DNA from: a virus
Strand: one strand, 5' to 3'
Length of the DNA stretch: 41,750 nucleotides
Virus record (IMG/VR): IMGVR_UViG_3300025949_000007
Each line of letters opens with the position of its first letter. Positions within the stretch are counted from its first letter, which is position 1. The position numbers and the translations under genes were made by a program. The notes under the pieces are model-generated. The model ran no database searches. It had not been told where the DNA came from and saw only the letters and a program-made list of their open reading frames with translations. Positions 7,565 to 16,222 of this stretch are shown in pieces.

Positions 7565-8499
7565 TGACGCATCCGACGCTGGGCTACACCAACTTCCGCT
7601 TCGCCGACAACGACGCCGTGCACATGCCGGCGTTCAACGGCGCCGGCCACGTCATCGCCTGTAATGCCGAGGGGCCGACAGAGCACGACCTGTGGCCCTA
7701 CGGCGTCGACGCGCCGGTGGACTGCCCCAACTGCCTTCACGCCCGCGAGTCGGACTGGTGGATGGCACAGACCGAGGAACTCAGACGCAATGGTGCACAG
7801 GCCGACTGGCCGGAGCCGACCATGGACGACGTCAAGGCGGTCATCGCACGTGGACTGTCTCAGGTGGACGCTCGCATGGAGGTGGCCATCCTGGGCACCG
7901 GCGAGAATCCGACGGAGTTCACCGGCATCCTGAGCGACAACACGCAACGGCTCGTCCAGATCTCAACCAGTCGTGACTACGACGCCAGCGCCATGCAGTC
8001 GTTGACGGAGCGAATGAAGCCAGTCGTCCAGTCGCAGTTCATGGGCGAGGTGATCGACCGCAACGACCGGGACGCCCAGCTGGCGCGCTACCTGGCGCGG
8101 TCGCCCCTGTCTTACCTCGCCAGCGAGGCGGGCAAGACCGGCCGTCGGCTCGGTCTGTCGCCCGAAGAGCAGGCGGACGGCGTCGCTGACGAACCGTTTC
8201 CGGTCGACATGGACCCTGAAGACTTCGTGGCCGTGCCGCAGTCGGAAACGAACGAACCGGTGAACGTCATCGTCCACCCGGACGGCACGCAGTCGGAGAT
8301 CTTCGACGACGGACCCGCGCACGACATCGGCGAGGTGGAGTTCACGCCGGGCGGCGAGGTGGTCACCAGCGGCGGCGAGAACGACTACCCGGACGTCAAC
8401 TGGTGCCACGTCCACAATCGACAGGCACAGCCCGGTCGCGAGGAATGCTCGGAGTGCGACGGGGAGCGCGGCGAAGACCAGAAGGCGGGGGAGTCATGA
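7564..8499 (+). CDS. Hypothetical protein (311 aa) with an acidic C-terminal half and CxxC pairs
   Basis: ATG 7564 overlaps the upstream TAA by 1 nt and GGAGTGGGAG lies upstream. Trimmed from track ORF 7492..8499. Confidence 0.65.
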   Translation: MTHPTLGYTNFRFADNDAVHMPAFNGAGHVIACNAEGPTEHDLWPYGVDAPVDCPNCLHARESDWWMAQTEELRRNGAQADWPEPTMDDVKAVIARGLSQVDARMEVAILGTGENPTEFTGILSDNTQRLVQISTSRDYDASAMQSLTERMKPVVQSQFMGEVIDRNDRDAQLARYLARSPLSYLASEAGKTGRRLGLSPEEQADGVADEPFPVDMDPEDFVAVPQSETNEPVNVIVHPDGTQSEIFDDGPAHDIGEVEFTPGGEVVTSGGENDYPDVNWCHVHNRQAQPGREECSECDGERGEDQKAGES

Positions 8500-8735
8500 G
8501 CGATCCGGAAATCGGCTACCAGTCCGATACGTTGTGGGACTTCGCCTCCGTGCTGGCGCAGAACGCCATGGACAACGCTCCCGTGAACGAAGTGTTGAAC
8601 CTGCACACGATGTCCACCACCTTCACCGGTTGCTGCAACCATTGCGTCAGCAGTCAGGGCGGCCATGACGTGGAATGGCCGTGCCCTACAGTGCGCACCA
8701 TCGCCAACCATTACGGCATCGGGGAGCCGAAGTGA
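8496..8735 (+). CDS. Hypothetical protein (79 aa, CCNHC...C motif)
   Basis: ATGA overlap with the upstream stop, with GGGGGAG upstream. Confidence 0.6.
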   Translation: MSDPEIGYQSDTLWDFASVLAQNAMDNAPVNEVLNLHTMSTTFTGCCNHCVSSQGGHDVEWPCPTVRTIANHYGIGEPK

Positions 8736-9118
8736 CCGTGCGCCTGACCATCCAGTATTCTAGTAACAACCACGAAGTGGTGGAGTACGAGAACCTAGAC
8801 CAACTCATGCGCTACTTGGTCGGTCCGCTGCAATATCCCGGCCATCCGAACCTGATCGTCATCCAGGAGCTGGACGCGCCGGAGGAAACCACGTGGGGTC
8901 ACGTGAGCGAGGGTGACGAGATCATCGCGCCAGACGGCTCGTGCTGGATGCTGGAGAAGTCCAGTGGCGACGGACGCGTCTACCTTGCCGCCATCGATGA
9001 CGGCCGTCCGCTGACGTTTCCGGTCACGCCGAATATGCCGATCCGGCGCCGTCCAGGCGTACTCACCGCGGCAACCCAGCTTCTGCGTGATGTCGGCCTG
9101 TACGGCGGCCCGATGTGA
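8732..9118 (+). CDS. Hypothetical protein (128 aa)
   Basis: GTGA overlap with the upstream stop. The 5' end is locally less GC-rich. Confidence 0.6.
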   Translation: MTVRLTIQYSSNNHEVVEYENLDQLMRYLVGPLQYPGHPNLIVIQELDAPEETTWGHVSEGDEIIAPDGSCWMLEKSSGDGRVYLAAIDDGRPLTFPVTPNMPIRRRPGVLTAATQLLRDVGLYGGPM

Positions 9119-9405
9119 CCAGTCATCGACGCAGAGGCAGCGCCAGGGCCAGACAGCGACGCAAGCGCGCGGAGGTACACCAGGCGTGGCAGCGCGACAC
9201 GGGGCCATTGGTGATGTGCACGGTCTGTCGACGGCCAGCGTGGCACACTCGCGCGGAGGCACGCTCGGTCATGAAACGCATCGTGGCGCAGCCGGACTTC
9301 GTGCCGCTGGACAACCACGAGCCGCGAACCGTGCAGTGTGAAGGGTCGACTGTCTGGCACTGGCGCATGGTGCCCAACTGGATTGATGAACAGGAGTCGG
9401 CGTGA
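9115..9405 (+). CDS. Hypothetical basic protein (96 aa) with a CxxC motif
   Basis: GTGA overlap with the upstream stop. Arg-rich N-terminus, then MCTVCRRPAWH. Confidence 0.55.
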   Translation: MTSHRRRGSARARQRRKRAEVHQAWQRDTGPLVMCTVCRRPAWHTRAEARSVMKRIVAQPDFVPLDNHEPRTVQCEGSTVWHWRMVPNWIDEQESA

Positions 9406-11090
9406 CCGAGGAGTCGCAAGTGCTGCCACTGCGGGACTATCAGGTCTCCGGCATCACGACGTTGTACGGCCGTTGGGACTCCGGCGTGCGTCGTCCGGCG
9501 CTGGTGCTGCCCACCGGTGGCGGTAAAACGGTCATGTTCGGCCACATCACCGCCGGGTTCCTCGACGACAACCCGCGCCGGCGCGCGCTCATCCTGGCTC
9601 ATCGTGACGAACTGGTGACACAGGCGGCAAAGAAGGTCAAGTCGATCGCCCCACACCTACCGGTGGGCATCGTCAAGGCGGAGCGAAACGACACCTGGGC
9701 CAAGGTGGTGGTGGCCTCGGTGCAGAGCCTGCGTTCTCCGGCCCGGTTGGCCGCCCTACGGGACGTAGGCCTCATCGTGGTGGATGAGTGTCACCATGCC
9801 ACCGCACAGACGTACCGGACGATCCTGGAGCACTACGGCGCCTTCGACGACGGCAGCGACACTCGCGCGGTAGGCGTGACGGCAACACTGGCCCGATCCG
9901 ACCGGCAGCAGCTGGGCACGGTGTGGGAGTCCGCCGATGTCGTGGAAACCATCCTCGGCCTGGTGCGCCGCGGCTACCTGCTCGATCCGATCGGCAAGCG
10001 CATAGAGGTGCCGGACCTCCGCTTGGGCGACGTGCGCCGGAGTCGAGGCGATTACCAGGACGGCGACCTGGGCCGCGCCATGGTGGCCAGCCTGGCGCCG
10101 GAGATCGTGGCGAAGGCCTACGCGGAGCACGGAGGCGACGATTGCGGCGTGGCGTTCTGGCCGACGGTCGAAGCGGCCATGGTCGGCGCGGAGGCCATGA
10201 ACGACTACGGCATTCGCGCGGAGGTCATTCACGGCAAGACGCCGTTGGACCAGCGCCGTGACATCCTGCGCAGGGCCGACGAGGGCAAAGTGCAAGTCCT
10301 GTCCAACTGCATGGTGCTGACCGAGGGATTCGACTGGCCGCGCGCCCGGGTGTGCGTCATCGCCCGTCCGACCGAGTCCGCCTCGCTCTATCAACAGATG
10401 GTTGGCCGTGTGCTGCGGCCGTTCCCGGGGCAGAAGCAAGCACTAATCCTGGACGTGGTGGGCGCGTCGTATCAGCACAGCCTGGCCAGTCTGGTTGACC
10501 TGTCCGACAAGCCGGTGAAGATCAAAGACGGCGAGTCGCTGAAGGAGGCGGCCGAACGGACCGCGCGGGAGCTGAACGACCGCGAGGAGATAGAGCTCTA
10601 TCGCGGCGAGACCGTGGCGGCCATCTTCGACCCGCTGGGCCGCAGCGTAAACCGCGTATGGGCCACCAGTCGGGGCGGTACACGATTCCTGGCCGTGTCG
10701 GATCGGTACATCTTCCTGGTGCCCAGCACTGCGTCGGACGCGCTCCCCGGTACCTGGGATGTCGCGTGGTGCGCCGAAGATCGTCCTATCGACGGCAAGT
10801 ATGGTGCATTCCTGGAGCGGGGGATTGACCTCGGCTACGCCGTCGCCTGGGCGGAGTCGCACGTAGACGAGTTGACCGCAGGAACTCGCGAAGGCAACGC
10901 CCGCTCGTTCACTTCGAAGAAGTCGGCATGGCGCAAGGGTGCGCCGTCGTCGGCACAGATCAGGCTGGCCGCCCGCTTCGGCATCGCACCGGCCGACGGC
11001 ATGACCGCCGGTGATCTCTCGACACTGATCGACAGTGCGAAGGCATCGCTGACGATCGACACGTTCGTCAACCGCATCATGGGAAGGTAA
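9402..11090 (+). CDS. SF2 DEXH-box DNA helicase (type III restriction Res-subunit-like fold) with an uncharacterised ~190-aa C-terminal domain
   Basis: Motif I LPTGGGKT, motif II VVDECHHA, motif III TATL, motif VI QQMVGRVLR. GTGA overlap with the upstream gene. Confidence 0.85.
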   Translation: MTEESQVLPLRDYQVSGITTLYGRWDSGVRRPALVLPTGGGKTVMFGHITAGFLDDNPRRRALILAHRDELVTQAAKKVKSIAPHLPVGIVKAERNDTWAKVVVASVQSLRSPARLAALRDVGLIVVDECHHATAQTYRTILEHYGAFDDGSDTRAVGVTATLARSDRQQLGTVWESADVVETILGLVRRGYLLDPIGKRIEVPDLRLGDVRRSRGDYQDGDLGRAMVASLAPEIVAKAYAEHGGDDCGVAFWPTVEAAMVGAEAMNDYGIRAEVIHGKTPLDQRRDILRRADEGKVQVLSNCMVLTEGFDWPRARVCVIARPTESASLYQQMVGRVLRPFPGQKQALILDVVGASYQHSLASLVDLSDKPVKIKDGESLKEAAERTARELNDREEIELYRGETVAAIFDPLGRSVNRVWATSRGGTRFLAVSDRYIFLVPSTASDALPGTWDVAWCAEDRPIDGKYGAFLERGIDLGYAVAWAESHVDELTAGTREGNARSFTSKKSAWRKGAPSSAQIRLAARFGIAPADGMTAGDLSTLIDSAKASLTIDTFVNRIMGR

Positions 11091-11095
11091 GGGGA

Positions 11096-11494
11096 ATGTC
11101 CACAGTGGAACTGAAGATCACGAAGAGCAAGCCGAAGAAGGGCGAATACACACCGACATCGTTGGAGGTGAACGGAACCGACATCGCCAGTGTGGTTACC
11201 GGCTACACCCTGACGCACGACGTCGGCGGAGCGGTGACGTGCACGGTCAAGCTCATCCCCGGATCGGTGGCGGCCGCCGTCGGCGCGGCGAACGTGCGCG
11301 TGGACGATGCGACGGCAGAGGCCCTGACGGCGCTGGGCTACGTACACAAGGACGATGTCCTTAGTGTGCTACGTACGGTGTTGCGAGAATTGGAGAACGT
11401 CACCAACGAAGCGGATGGCCGCCTGAACTTCAGTACGGCACAGGCCGTCGTGTCCGATGCGCTAGCCGACGCAATGAACGGGTGGACGTTGTGA
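11096..11494 (+). CDS. Hypothetical protein (132 aa)
   Basis: ATG with AAGGGGA RBS and high GC3. Confidence 0.65.
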   Translation: MSTVELKITKSKPKKGEYTPTSLEVNGTDIASVVTGYTLTHDVGGAVTCTVKLIPGSVAAAVGAANVRVDDATAEALTALGYVHKDDVLSVLRTVLRELENVTNEADGRLNFSTAQAVVSDALADAMNGWTL

Positions 11495-11736
11495 CCGAGC
11501 CGAAGACGCACTGGCCGAATAACCTGTGGCGCAACAGGAAGCTGACGGACGCGTCGCTGGCCGACCTGCGCAACGCCATCATCGCCGCCCTGCTGTGCGT
11601 GACGCTGCTGGCGGCCGGTATCTACGTCGTGGTTCTGCTCATCGCCGCGGCGTCGCAGTCGAAGACCGTGCCGGGACCGAACACGACGTGCCCGCCCGGT
11701 CAGACCTACGCGTACACCTTGGGAGAGTGCACATGA
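11491..11736 (+). CDS. Hypothetical membrane protein (one TM helix)
   Basis: GTGA overlap with the upstream stop. Hydrophobic segment IIAALLCVTLLAAGIYVVVLLIAAA. Confidence 0.55.
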   Translation: MTEPKTHWPNNLWRNRKLTDASLADLRNAIIAALLCVTLLAAGIYVVVLLIAAASQSKTVPGPNTTCPPGQTYAYTLGECT

Positions 11737-12185
11737 TAGAGATCCGGCTTCCCGCACTACCCATGATCGCGAAGAAGACCATGGGTACACAGCTTCCGCC
11801 GGCACCGGACGGCGCGCAGTTGCACTTCATGATCATGGTGACAGGCGCCGGCGTGACCAGTCAGCAGATGGTGGCCATGGTGCTACCGAAGGGCGCAGAA
11901 TATCCCATGGCCGTCACCGTGGAGTGCGTGCAGCAGAACTTTCCGCCACCGCCTCCGCCGGTGACGGACCAACAGCGCCGACGCCGCCTCATCGCCCAGG
12001 TACTCAACCGCGCCCGCGACGCCGGCCGCCTGGGACTCACCACGGACAACCAGGAGAACACCGTACAGGCGCTCATGGAGGCGCTGGACGGCGAGTTCGC
12101 CGATGGGGACGTGTCCGACGTCAACTCCAACGAATACGACCCACGCGATGACGACTGGTCCACCGACAGCCAGAAGGAAGACTGA
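11733..12185 (+). CDS. Hypothetical protein (150 aa) with a poly-Pro run and an acidic tail
   Basis: ATGA overlap with the upstream stop. Trimmed from track ORF 11526..12185, whose N-terminal part is R-rich junk. Confidence 0.6.
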   Translation: MIEIRLPALPMIAKKTMGTQLPPAPDGAQLHFMIMVTGAGVTSQQMVAMVLPKGAEYPMAVTVECVQQNFPPPPPPVTDQQRRRRLIAQVLNRARDAGRLGLTTDNQENTVQALMEALDGEFADGDVSDVNSNEYDPRDDDWSTDSQKED

Positions 12186-13240
12186 TGACCAAGGACCTGC
12201 TGACGGATCCGTTCGCCGCGCCGGCCGAACCAACGCCGGACATCATCAAAAACGGGCGTTACTGGTTGCCGCCGATCAACGACCCGACGGCGAAGCGCGT
12301 CGGCTGGACTAGGGCCACCACGTTGGTGAAGACCGTCTCCGACATGTTCCTGATCGACCGCTATCACCAGCGAGAGATCATGATCGGCCTGGCCAAGCGT
12401 GAAGACCTCTACGACCTGTTGTGCACCACGGACTTCGACGACAAGGACAAGCTGAACAAGCTGGCCCTGGATGTGTTGGAGGCGGCGAAGTCCGACCGCG
12501 GCTACGCCGGCAGCGAGGTGGGGACGGCGTTCCACTCGGCCACGGAGCGACTGGACCGTGGCGAGGCGTCCGGCCTACGGTCGAAGTGGGACGCGAAGCT
12601 CCGCAACTACGAAGAAGCCATGGGGCGTCGAGGTTTCGTCATGATCCCGGAACTGATGGAGCGCCGTGTGGTGTGCGAGCGCTACCAGGTGGCGGGCACC
12701 TTCGATCGCATCGCCCAGAAGGGGCCGGCGCGCGTCAGTATCGGCAACTCTCCGTTGCACATCACCGACCTGAAGACACAGAAGACGTTCTACACCTGGT
12801 GGGAGATCGCCGCACAGCTGGCCATCTACGCCAACGCCGACGCCATGTGGGACGAAGATCAGCACCGGTACGTGTCGATGCCGAAGGTGGACAAGGACGT
12901 CGCCTACGTCACGTGGATGCCCGTGCAGCATCCGGGCGACGATCCGGACGCCGTCGACGTCTACGCCGTCGACATCGCCAAGGGATGGCGTGCGGTGGAC
13001 CTGATCCACCTCGTCCGGAGTTTGCGCAAGGAAGGCGAGAAGTGGGGGACCCTGGTCCCACTTGAGACTCCAGTCTCCGACGAGGAACGGTTCGCCCAGC
13101 GGCTCGCCGACGCCGGCGCGCGGTCGGACCTGACGAAGATCATGCAGGAGATGACGAAGCTCTGGGGCGTCACTGCCGTACCGGTGCAGCTACTCAAGCT
13201 GGGTAAGCAGCGCTGGCAGGAACTGGCGGCGAACGGCTGA
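12185..13240 (+). CDS. RecB/Cas4-like PD-(D/E)XK exonuclease (no Cys cluster)
   Basis: GTFDRI ... ITDLKTQK gives the D ... D-x-K core and AAQLAIYANA gives the QxxxY motif of RecB-family nucleases. The ATG shares one base with the upstream TGA. Confidence 0.7.
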   Translation: MTKDLLTDPFAAPAEPTPDIIKNGRYWLPPINDPTAKRVGWTRATTLVKTVSDMFLIDRYHQREIMIGLAKREDLYDLLCTTDFDDKDKLNKLALDVLEAAKSDRGYAGSEVGTAFHSATERLDRGEASGLRSKWDAKLRNYEEAMGRRGFVMIPELMERRVVCERYQVAGTFDRIAQKGPARVSIGNSPLHITDLKTQKTFYTWWEIAAQLAIYANADAMWDEDQHRYVSMPKVDKDVAYVTWMPVQHPGDDPDAVDVYAVDIAKGWRAVDLIHLVRSLRKEGEKWGTLVPLETPVSDEERFAQRLADAGARSDLTKIMQEMTKLWGVTAVPVQLLKLGKQRWQELAANG

Positions 13241-13455
13241 TGTGCGAACACTGGTTCTGCCGGTCGCCGTGGTGGCGGAGCTGGGCGCGCTTCGGCAAGT
13301 GCCCATACTGCGCCGCGGCGCCGGCGTGGCCGTGCAGGGACCAGCGCTGGACGTCCCGCTCACCGCTCCACGGTCGATGGATGAGACGGCCCCATCCGGA
13401 ACGCAAACATGCCCGCCTGCCTGCGGCGATGGACAGTTCTTGCGTCCACTCATAA
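13240..13455 (+). CDS. Possible small Cys/Trp-rich protein (C-x4-C ... C-x2-C)
   Basis: The ATG shares its first base with the exonuclease stop (TGATG, 1-nt overlap) and GC3 is high. The antisense ORF 13194..13541 shares the same third-codon positions, so GC3 cannot decide between them. The W/R-rich composition is a warning sign. Confidence 0.4.
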   Translation: MCEHWFCRSPWWRSWARFGKCPYCAAAPAWPCRDQRWTSRSPLHGRWMRRPHPERKHARLPAAMDSSCVHS

Positions 13456-13503
13456 CGTGTGATTAACTGTCTCCACCACAGCAGCACGGCCGCCACGGAG
13501 GAC

Positions 13504-13889
13504 ATGATGACCATCCGCACCGCTCCCCGCATCACCGGCAACGGCTTCCTGGTGCAGGGCTACGACGTGCACACGTCGCTGGTCGCCCGCGTGGACAACG
13601 ACGGGGAGCCGTGCGAGGTGTGCCAGACCGAGGGGCGCACCATCGACTGCACCGTCTACGGGCTGGCCGGTGACAGGCCAGCAAGTACTACGTGGACGAC
13701 TCCGACTCTGCGGACGTGGTCGTGCGTCACCTCGACGAATGGGACTTCGACAGCGCGCCGCCAGAGGGCATGACCCTGGCCGCGGCGAAGGCGGAGGTCA
13801 TCGAGCACTACCAGCGTCAGATCGACTACGCCCGCGCGCTCATCCGTCGAACGCGGCAGGTCCGCGCGTCAGATTTCGTCAAGCACTGA
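13504..13889 (+). pseudogene. Hypothetical gene whose coding signal changes frame (-1) near 13672-13692
   Basis: ATG 13504 with GGAGGA RBS. GC3 is high in frame 1 up to about 13674, then high in the -1 frame to the TGA at 13889. Frame 1 continues with poor GC3 to 13773. There is no start or SD for a separate second gene. Confidence 0.5.
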
Positions 13890-13974
13890 CCACCCGGCCG
13901 GCCGCCTCGTTCTCCCGCCGGGGCGGCCACCCAACTTCTCGCTACCGCCAAACAGGCCCCGGAAGGGGAGATCA

Positions 13975-14310
13975 GTGACCACCACCGAGTCGATTGGACC
14001 CGTCTTCAAGAACGTCGCGATGAGTGCCGAGGCCAAGTTGGTCGACACCGTCCCGATGGCGACCGAGGACTACCCCGACCGGGAGTTCCTGCCGGAGAGG
14101 ATCCTCGTCCACTACCACCCCAGCCCGGCGGGCTGGCAGCTGTCCAGCGTGTACATCACGGGCCACGCCGTGCTGAAGTCCGGTGAACTCGGCAAGAGCC
14201 GCCGCTCCGCGTACTTCCGTGTCGCCCTCGGCGGCAGGGTGGACAACCTCGGCGACTGCCCGGTCTGGGCCCGCGAGTTCGCCAACCTGCACTGCCCGAC
14301 GGGAGAGTGA
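13975..14310 (+). CDS. Hypothetical protein (111 aa)
   Basis: GTG start with AAGGGGAG RBS and high GC3. Confidence 0.65.
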   Translation: MTTTESIGPVFKNVAMSAEAKLVDTVPMATEDYPDREFLPERILVHYHPSPAGWQLSSVYITGHAVLKSGELGKSRRSAYFRVALGGRVDNLGDCPVWAREFANLHCPTGE

Positions 14311-14718
14311 TGAGGATGTTCACCACCAAGCACGAGATCACGATCGTGGTCGACGAGGCCGAACTCAGCAGGTACAGCGACGCGCACTTGGCGGCGCTGT
14401 GGCACGTGGCGCAGGCCAACCCGGCCGACGGGTTCGAGAACAAGTGGCCGGGCGAGCTGGCCGCGAAGATCGGCTGGGAGATCATCAGCCGCTGGCTCCG
14501 CAAGACGCCTCCCGAGCTGTACCACCACCAGGCGCACCACTACTGGGCGAAGAACCTCGGGCGCTTCGCGAAGTACGAGCCGGGCGGCCCGTCCGGGACA
14601 GCGGAGTGGGAGGCCGGCACCTGGGTGCTCAAGCCCGAAGTTCTCGCCGCCGCGGCCGAGGGCGGCGGCCAGGACGGCGAGCGCGCCGCGAACACGAAGG
14701 AGACAACCTTTCGGCCCG
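14310..14718 (+). CDS. Hypothetical protein, 5' coding segment (no in-frame stop until 15077)
   Basis: ATGA overlap with the upstream stop. GC3 is high up to about 14705 and then collapses in this frame. See the finding on the composite ORF. Confidence 0.5.
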
Positions 14719-14898
14719 ATGACGGCGCTGTTCGTGACGGTCGACTGCTGCGCCGTCTGCGTGCCGGCCGTCGTCGCCACCATGGACACCAGCGAGATGA
14801 TCACGGTGGAGCTGTCGCTGTCGTCGTGGAACGACGCCGAGGACAACGGCCTGATGGCCCACCAGGACGACGACCGGCCGCACCCGGACGCGCTGTGA
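14719..14898 (+). CDS. Small protein (59 aa, MTALFVTVDCCAVCVPAVVA...) in the +1 frame relative to 14310
   Basis: Near-100% GC3 over 59 codons, with a stop in a TGATG overlap with the next start. It is below the ORF-track length cutoff. The SD (AAGGAG) lies about 17 nt upstream, which is unusually far. Confidence 0.55.
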   Translation: MTALFVTVDCCAVCVPAVVATMDTSEMITVELSLSSWNDAEDNGLMAHQDDDRPHPDAL

Positions 14899-15077
14899 TG
14901 GAGAAGCTGATCGAGACACCGGGTTGGATCATCGCCAACCCGGCCACCTTCCGGCGACTGGCCGCCCGGGTGGCCTCCTTCGAGTTCATCCGGTCCGGCG
15001 TCGCGGTTCCTCGCTGCGCCCACCGTTACAACCCGTTCACCGACAGCTGTCCGAACTGCGAGATGGAAGAAGCCTGA
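14898..15077 (+). CDS. Small protein (59 aa) with C ... CPNC and an NPF motif
   Basis: The ATG shares one base with the upstream TGA, and GC3 recovers in this frame (MEKLIETPGWIIANPATF...). Confidence 0.55.
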   Translation: MEKLIETPGWIIANPATFRRLAARVASFEFIRSGVAVPRCAHRYNPFTDSCPNCEMEEA

Positions 15078-15217
15078 TGGCGAAAAAACCGGCCGAACCG
15101 GCGCCGACACCGCCAACGTGTCCGGCGTGCGGCGAACCGAGGTCCTCACACAAGTGCGCCACGTGCGGCGGCTGCTGGGTCAACTGCGGCTGTCCGATCG
15201 GAAACGGAGAATACTGA
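15077..15217 (+). CDS. Cys-rich mini-protein (46 aa, 8 Cys: CPAC-x8-C-x2-C-x2-C-x3-C-x-C)
   Basis: The ATG shares one base with the upstream TGA. Trimmed from track ORF 14924..15217. Confidence 0.55.
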   Translation: MAKKPAEPAPTPPTCPACGEPRSSHKCATCGGCWVNCGCPIGNGEY

Positions 15218-15384
15218 TGGCACAACGAAACCGCGACAGCGCCGACATGACGGCTGGCGACGGCGAGAACCACCGTGGCGACCGCTGGCCGTGCGTCATC
15301 CAGCTGGGCGTCGGCGTGCTGGCGGTCGCCATCTTGGCCGTCGTCATCGTCGGTGCCGTGCTCAATACGACCGAGGGAATCTGA
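15217..15384 (+). CDS. Small membrane protein (55 aa, one TM helix)
   Basis: The ATG shares one base with the upstream TGA. Hydrophobic segment VIQLGVGVLAVAILAVVIVGAVL. Confidence 0.55.
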   Translation: MAQRNRDSADMTAGDGENHRGDRWPCVIQLGVGVLAVAILAVVIVGAVLNTTEGI

Positions 15385-15402
15385 CCGCCTTGTCATCGCC
15401 TC

Positions 15403-15431
15403 TTGACAAGGTTACTCACGACCCGAAGACT
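15403..15431 (+). promoter_or_regulatory. Promoter P3 with conserved box: TTGACA-AGGTTACTCACGACCCG-AAGACT
   Basis: 17/20 identical to P1 over TTGACAnGGTTAnTnACGAC. The -35 is embedded in the 8-bp inverted repeat CCTTGTCA/TGACAAGG (15388-15411). Confidence 0.45.
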
Positions 15432-15496
15432 GAACCTCTCACGACGCCACAGGGTCGCGATGATGCGGCCAGGCAAGAGAAAGCGAGCAACATCCG

Positions 15497-16150
15497 ATGA
15501 GTGACAACCCGTTCGACACCGCGGCCCCCGGCCAGTCCGTGCCGGTCGCCGGCCCCTCCGTCGACTCCGGCAACCCCTTCGGCGCGCCGGGCGGCGACCT
15601 GGCCGACCCCTTCGCCGCGCCGGCGCAGGTCGGCGGTGGCGCGTTCTGCCGCCCGCAGGACCTGGTGGGCCGCGTGGTGGCGCTGCGCAAGCTGTCGGAG
15701 AAGATGGAGGAGAACCCCTTCTCCGACAAGACGCCCAAGGACCTACAGAAGGTCTTCTACTGCCACCTGGTCGTGTTCACCGGCGGCATGATCACCACCT
15801 CCGACCGGCGCGAAGACGCGCCGCTGGACGCGCCGCCCGTCGAGGTGGGAGAGCCTATCCTGCTGGTGAAGGACTGGCGGGTGTACAACGTCGGCCTGAT
15901 GAACAAGTTCGGCCGCAACGCCATCATCCGCGGCCGGATCGTCCGCGAGCCGATGGGCAAGCAGGCGAAGGAGACGCTGAACACCTGGCAGAAGGTGGAG
16001 GCGTTCATGAACACGAATCCCTCGCGCGATGTGGTGGACAAGGCGAAGCTGTTCTGGACGCTCATTGACGACCTGACCGACGGGGAGCGTCAGCTGACGC
16101 TGGACTGGTTCCGCGGCGACTCGGTGGACGCCAAGGAATTCCGGGCCTGA
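15497..16150 (+). CDS. Hypothetical protein (217 aa): disordered N-terminus with four (D/N)PF motifs plus a folded C-domain
   Basis: ATG start and high GC3. NPF/DPF lie at aa 4-6, 26-28, 37-39 and 73-75. Confidence 0.7.
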   Translation: MSDNPFDTAAPGQSVPVAGPSVDSGNPFGAPGGDLADPFAAPAQVGGGAFCRPQDLVGRVVALRKLSEKMEENPFSDKTPKDLQKVFYCHLVVFTGGMITTSDRREDAPLDAPPVEVGEPILLVKDWRVYNVGLMNKFGRNAIIRGRIVREPMGKQAKETLNTWQKVEAFMNTNPSRDVVDKAKLFWTLIDDLTDGERQLTLDWFRGDSVDAKEFRA

Positions 16151-16222
16151 TCGGCGATGGGAGCAGGGCGAAACCGGAGGGCCTGCACCGGACGGTAGAG
16201 GGCTGAGTCCGTCCACCAAGCC

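Noticed and set aside
13240-13455. WhiB-like regulator assignment for the Cys/Trp-rich 71-aa ORF
   Set aside because: The Cys spacing (C-x2-C-x7-C) does not match the WhiB C-x2-C-x5-C cluster, and the GVWGG turn and basic tail are absent.
13194-13541. Minus-strand ORF 13194..13541 (115 aa) as the real gene in the 13240-13500 gap
   Set aside because: It shares third-codon positions with the plus ORF 13240..13455, so GC3 is uninformative. However, it would overlap the ends of two plus-strand genes and oppose the operon direction. The plus ORF's ATG shares a base with the upstream stop (TGATG). I kept the plus ORF at low confidence only.
14112-15149. Minus-strand ORF 14112..15149 (345 aa)
   Set aside because: It lies antisense to a chain of coupled plus-strand genes with strong GC3 phasing. 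Its composition is P/R/G-rich and it has no start context.
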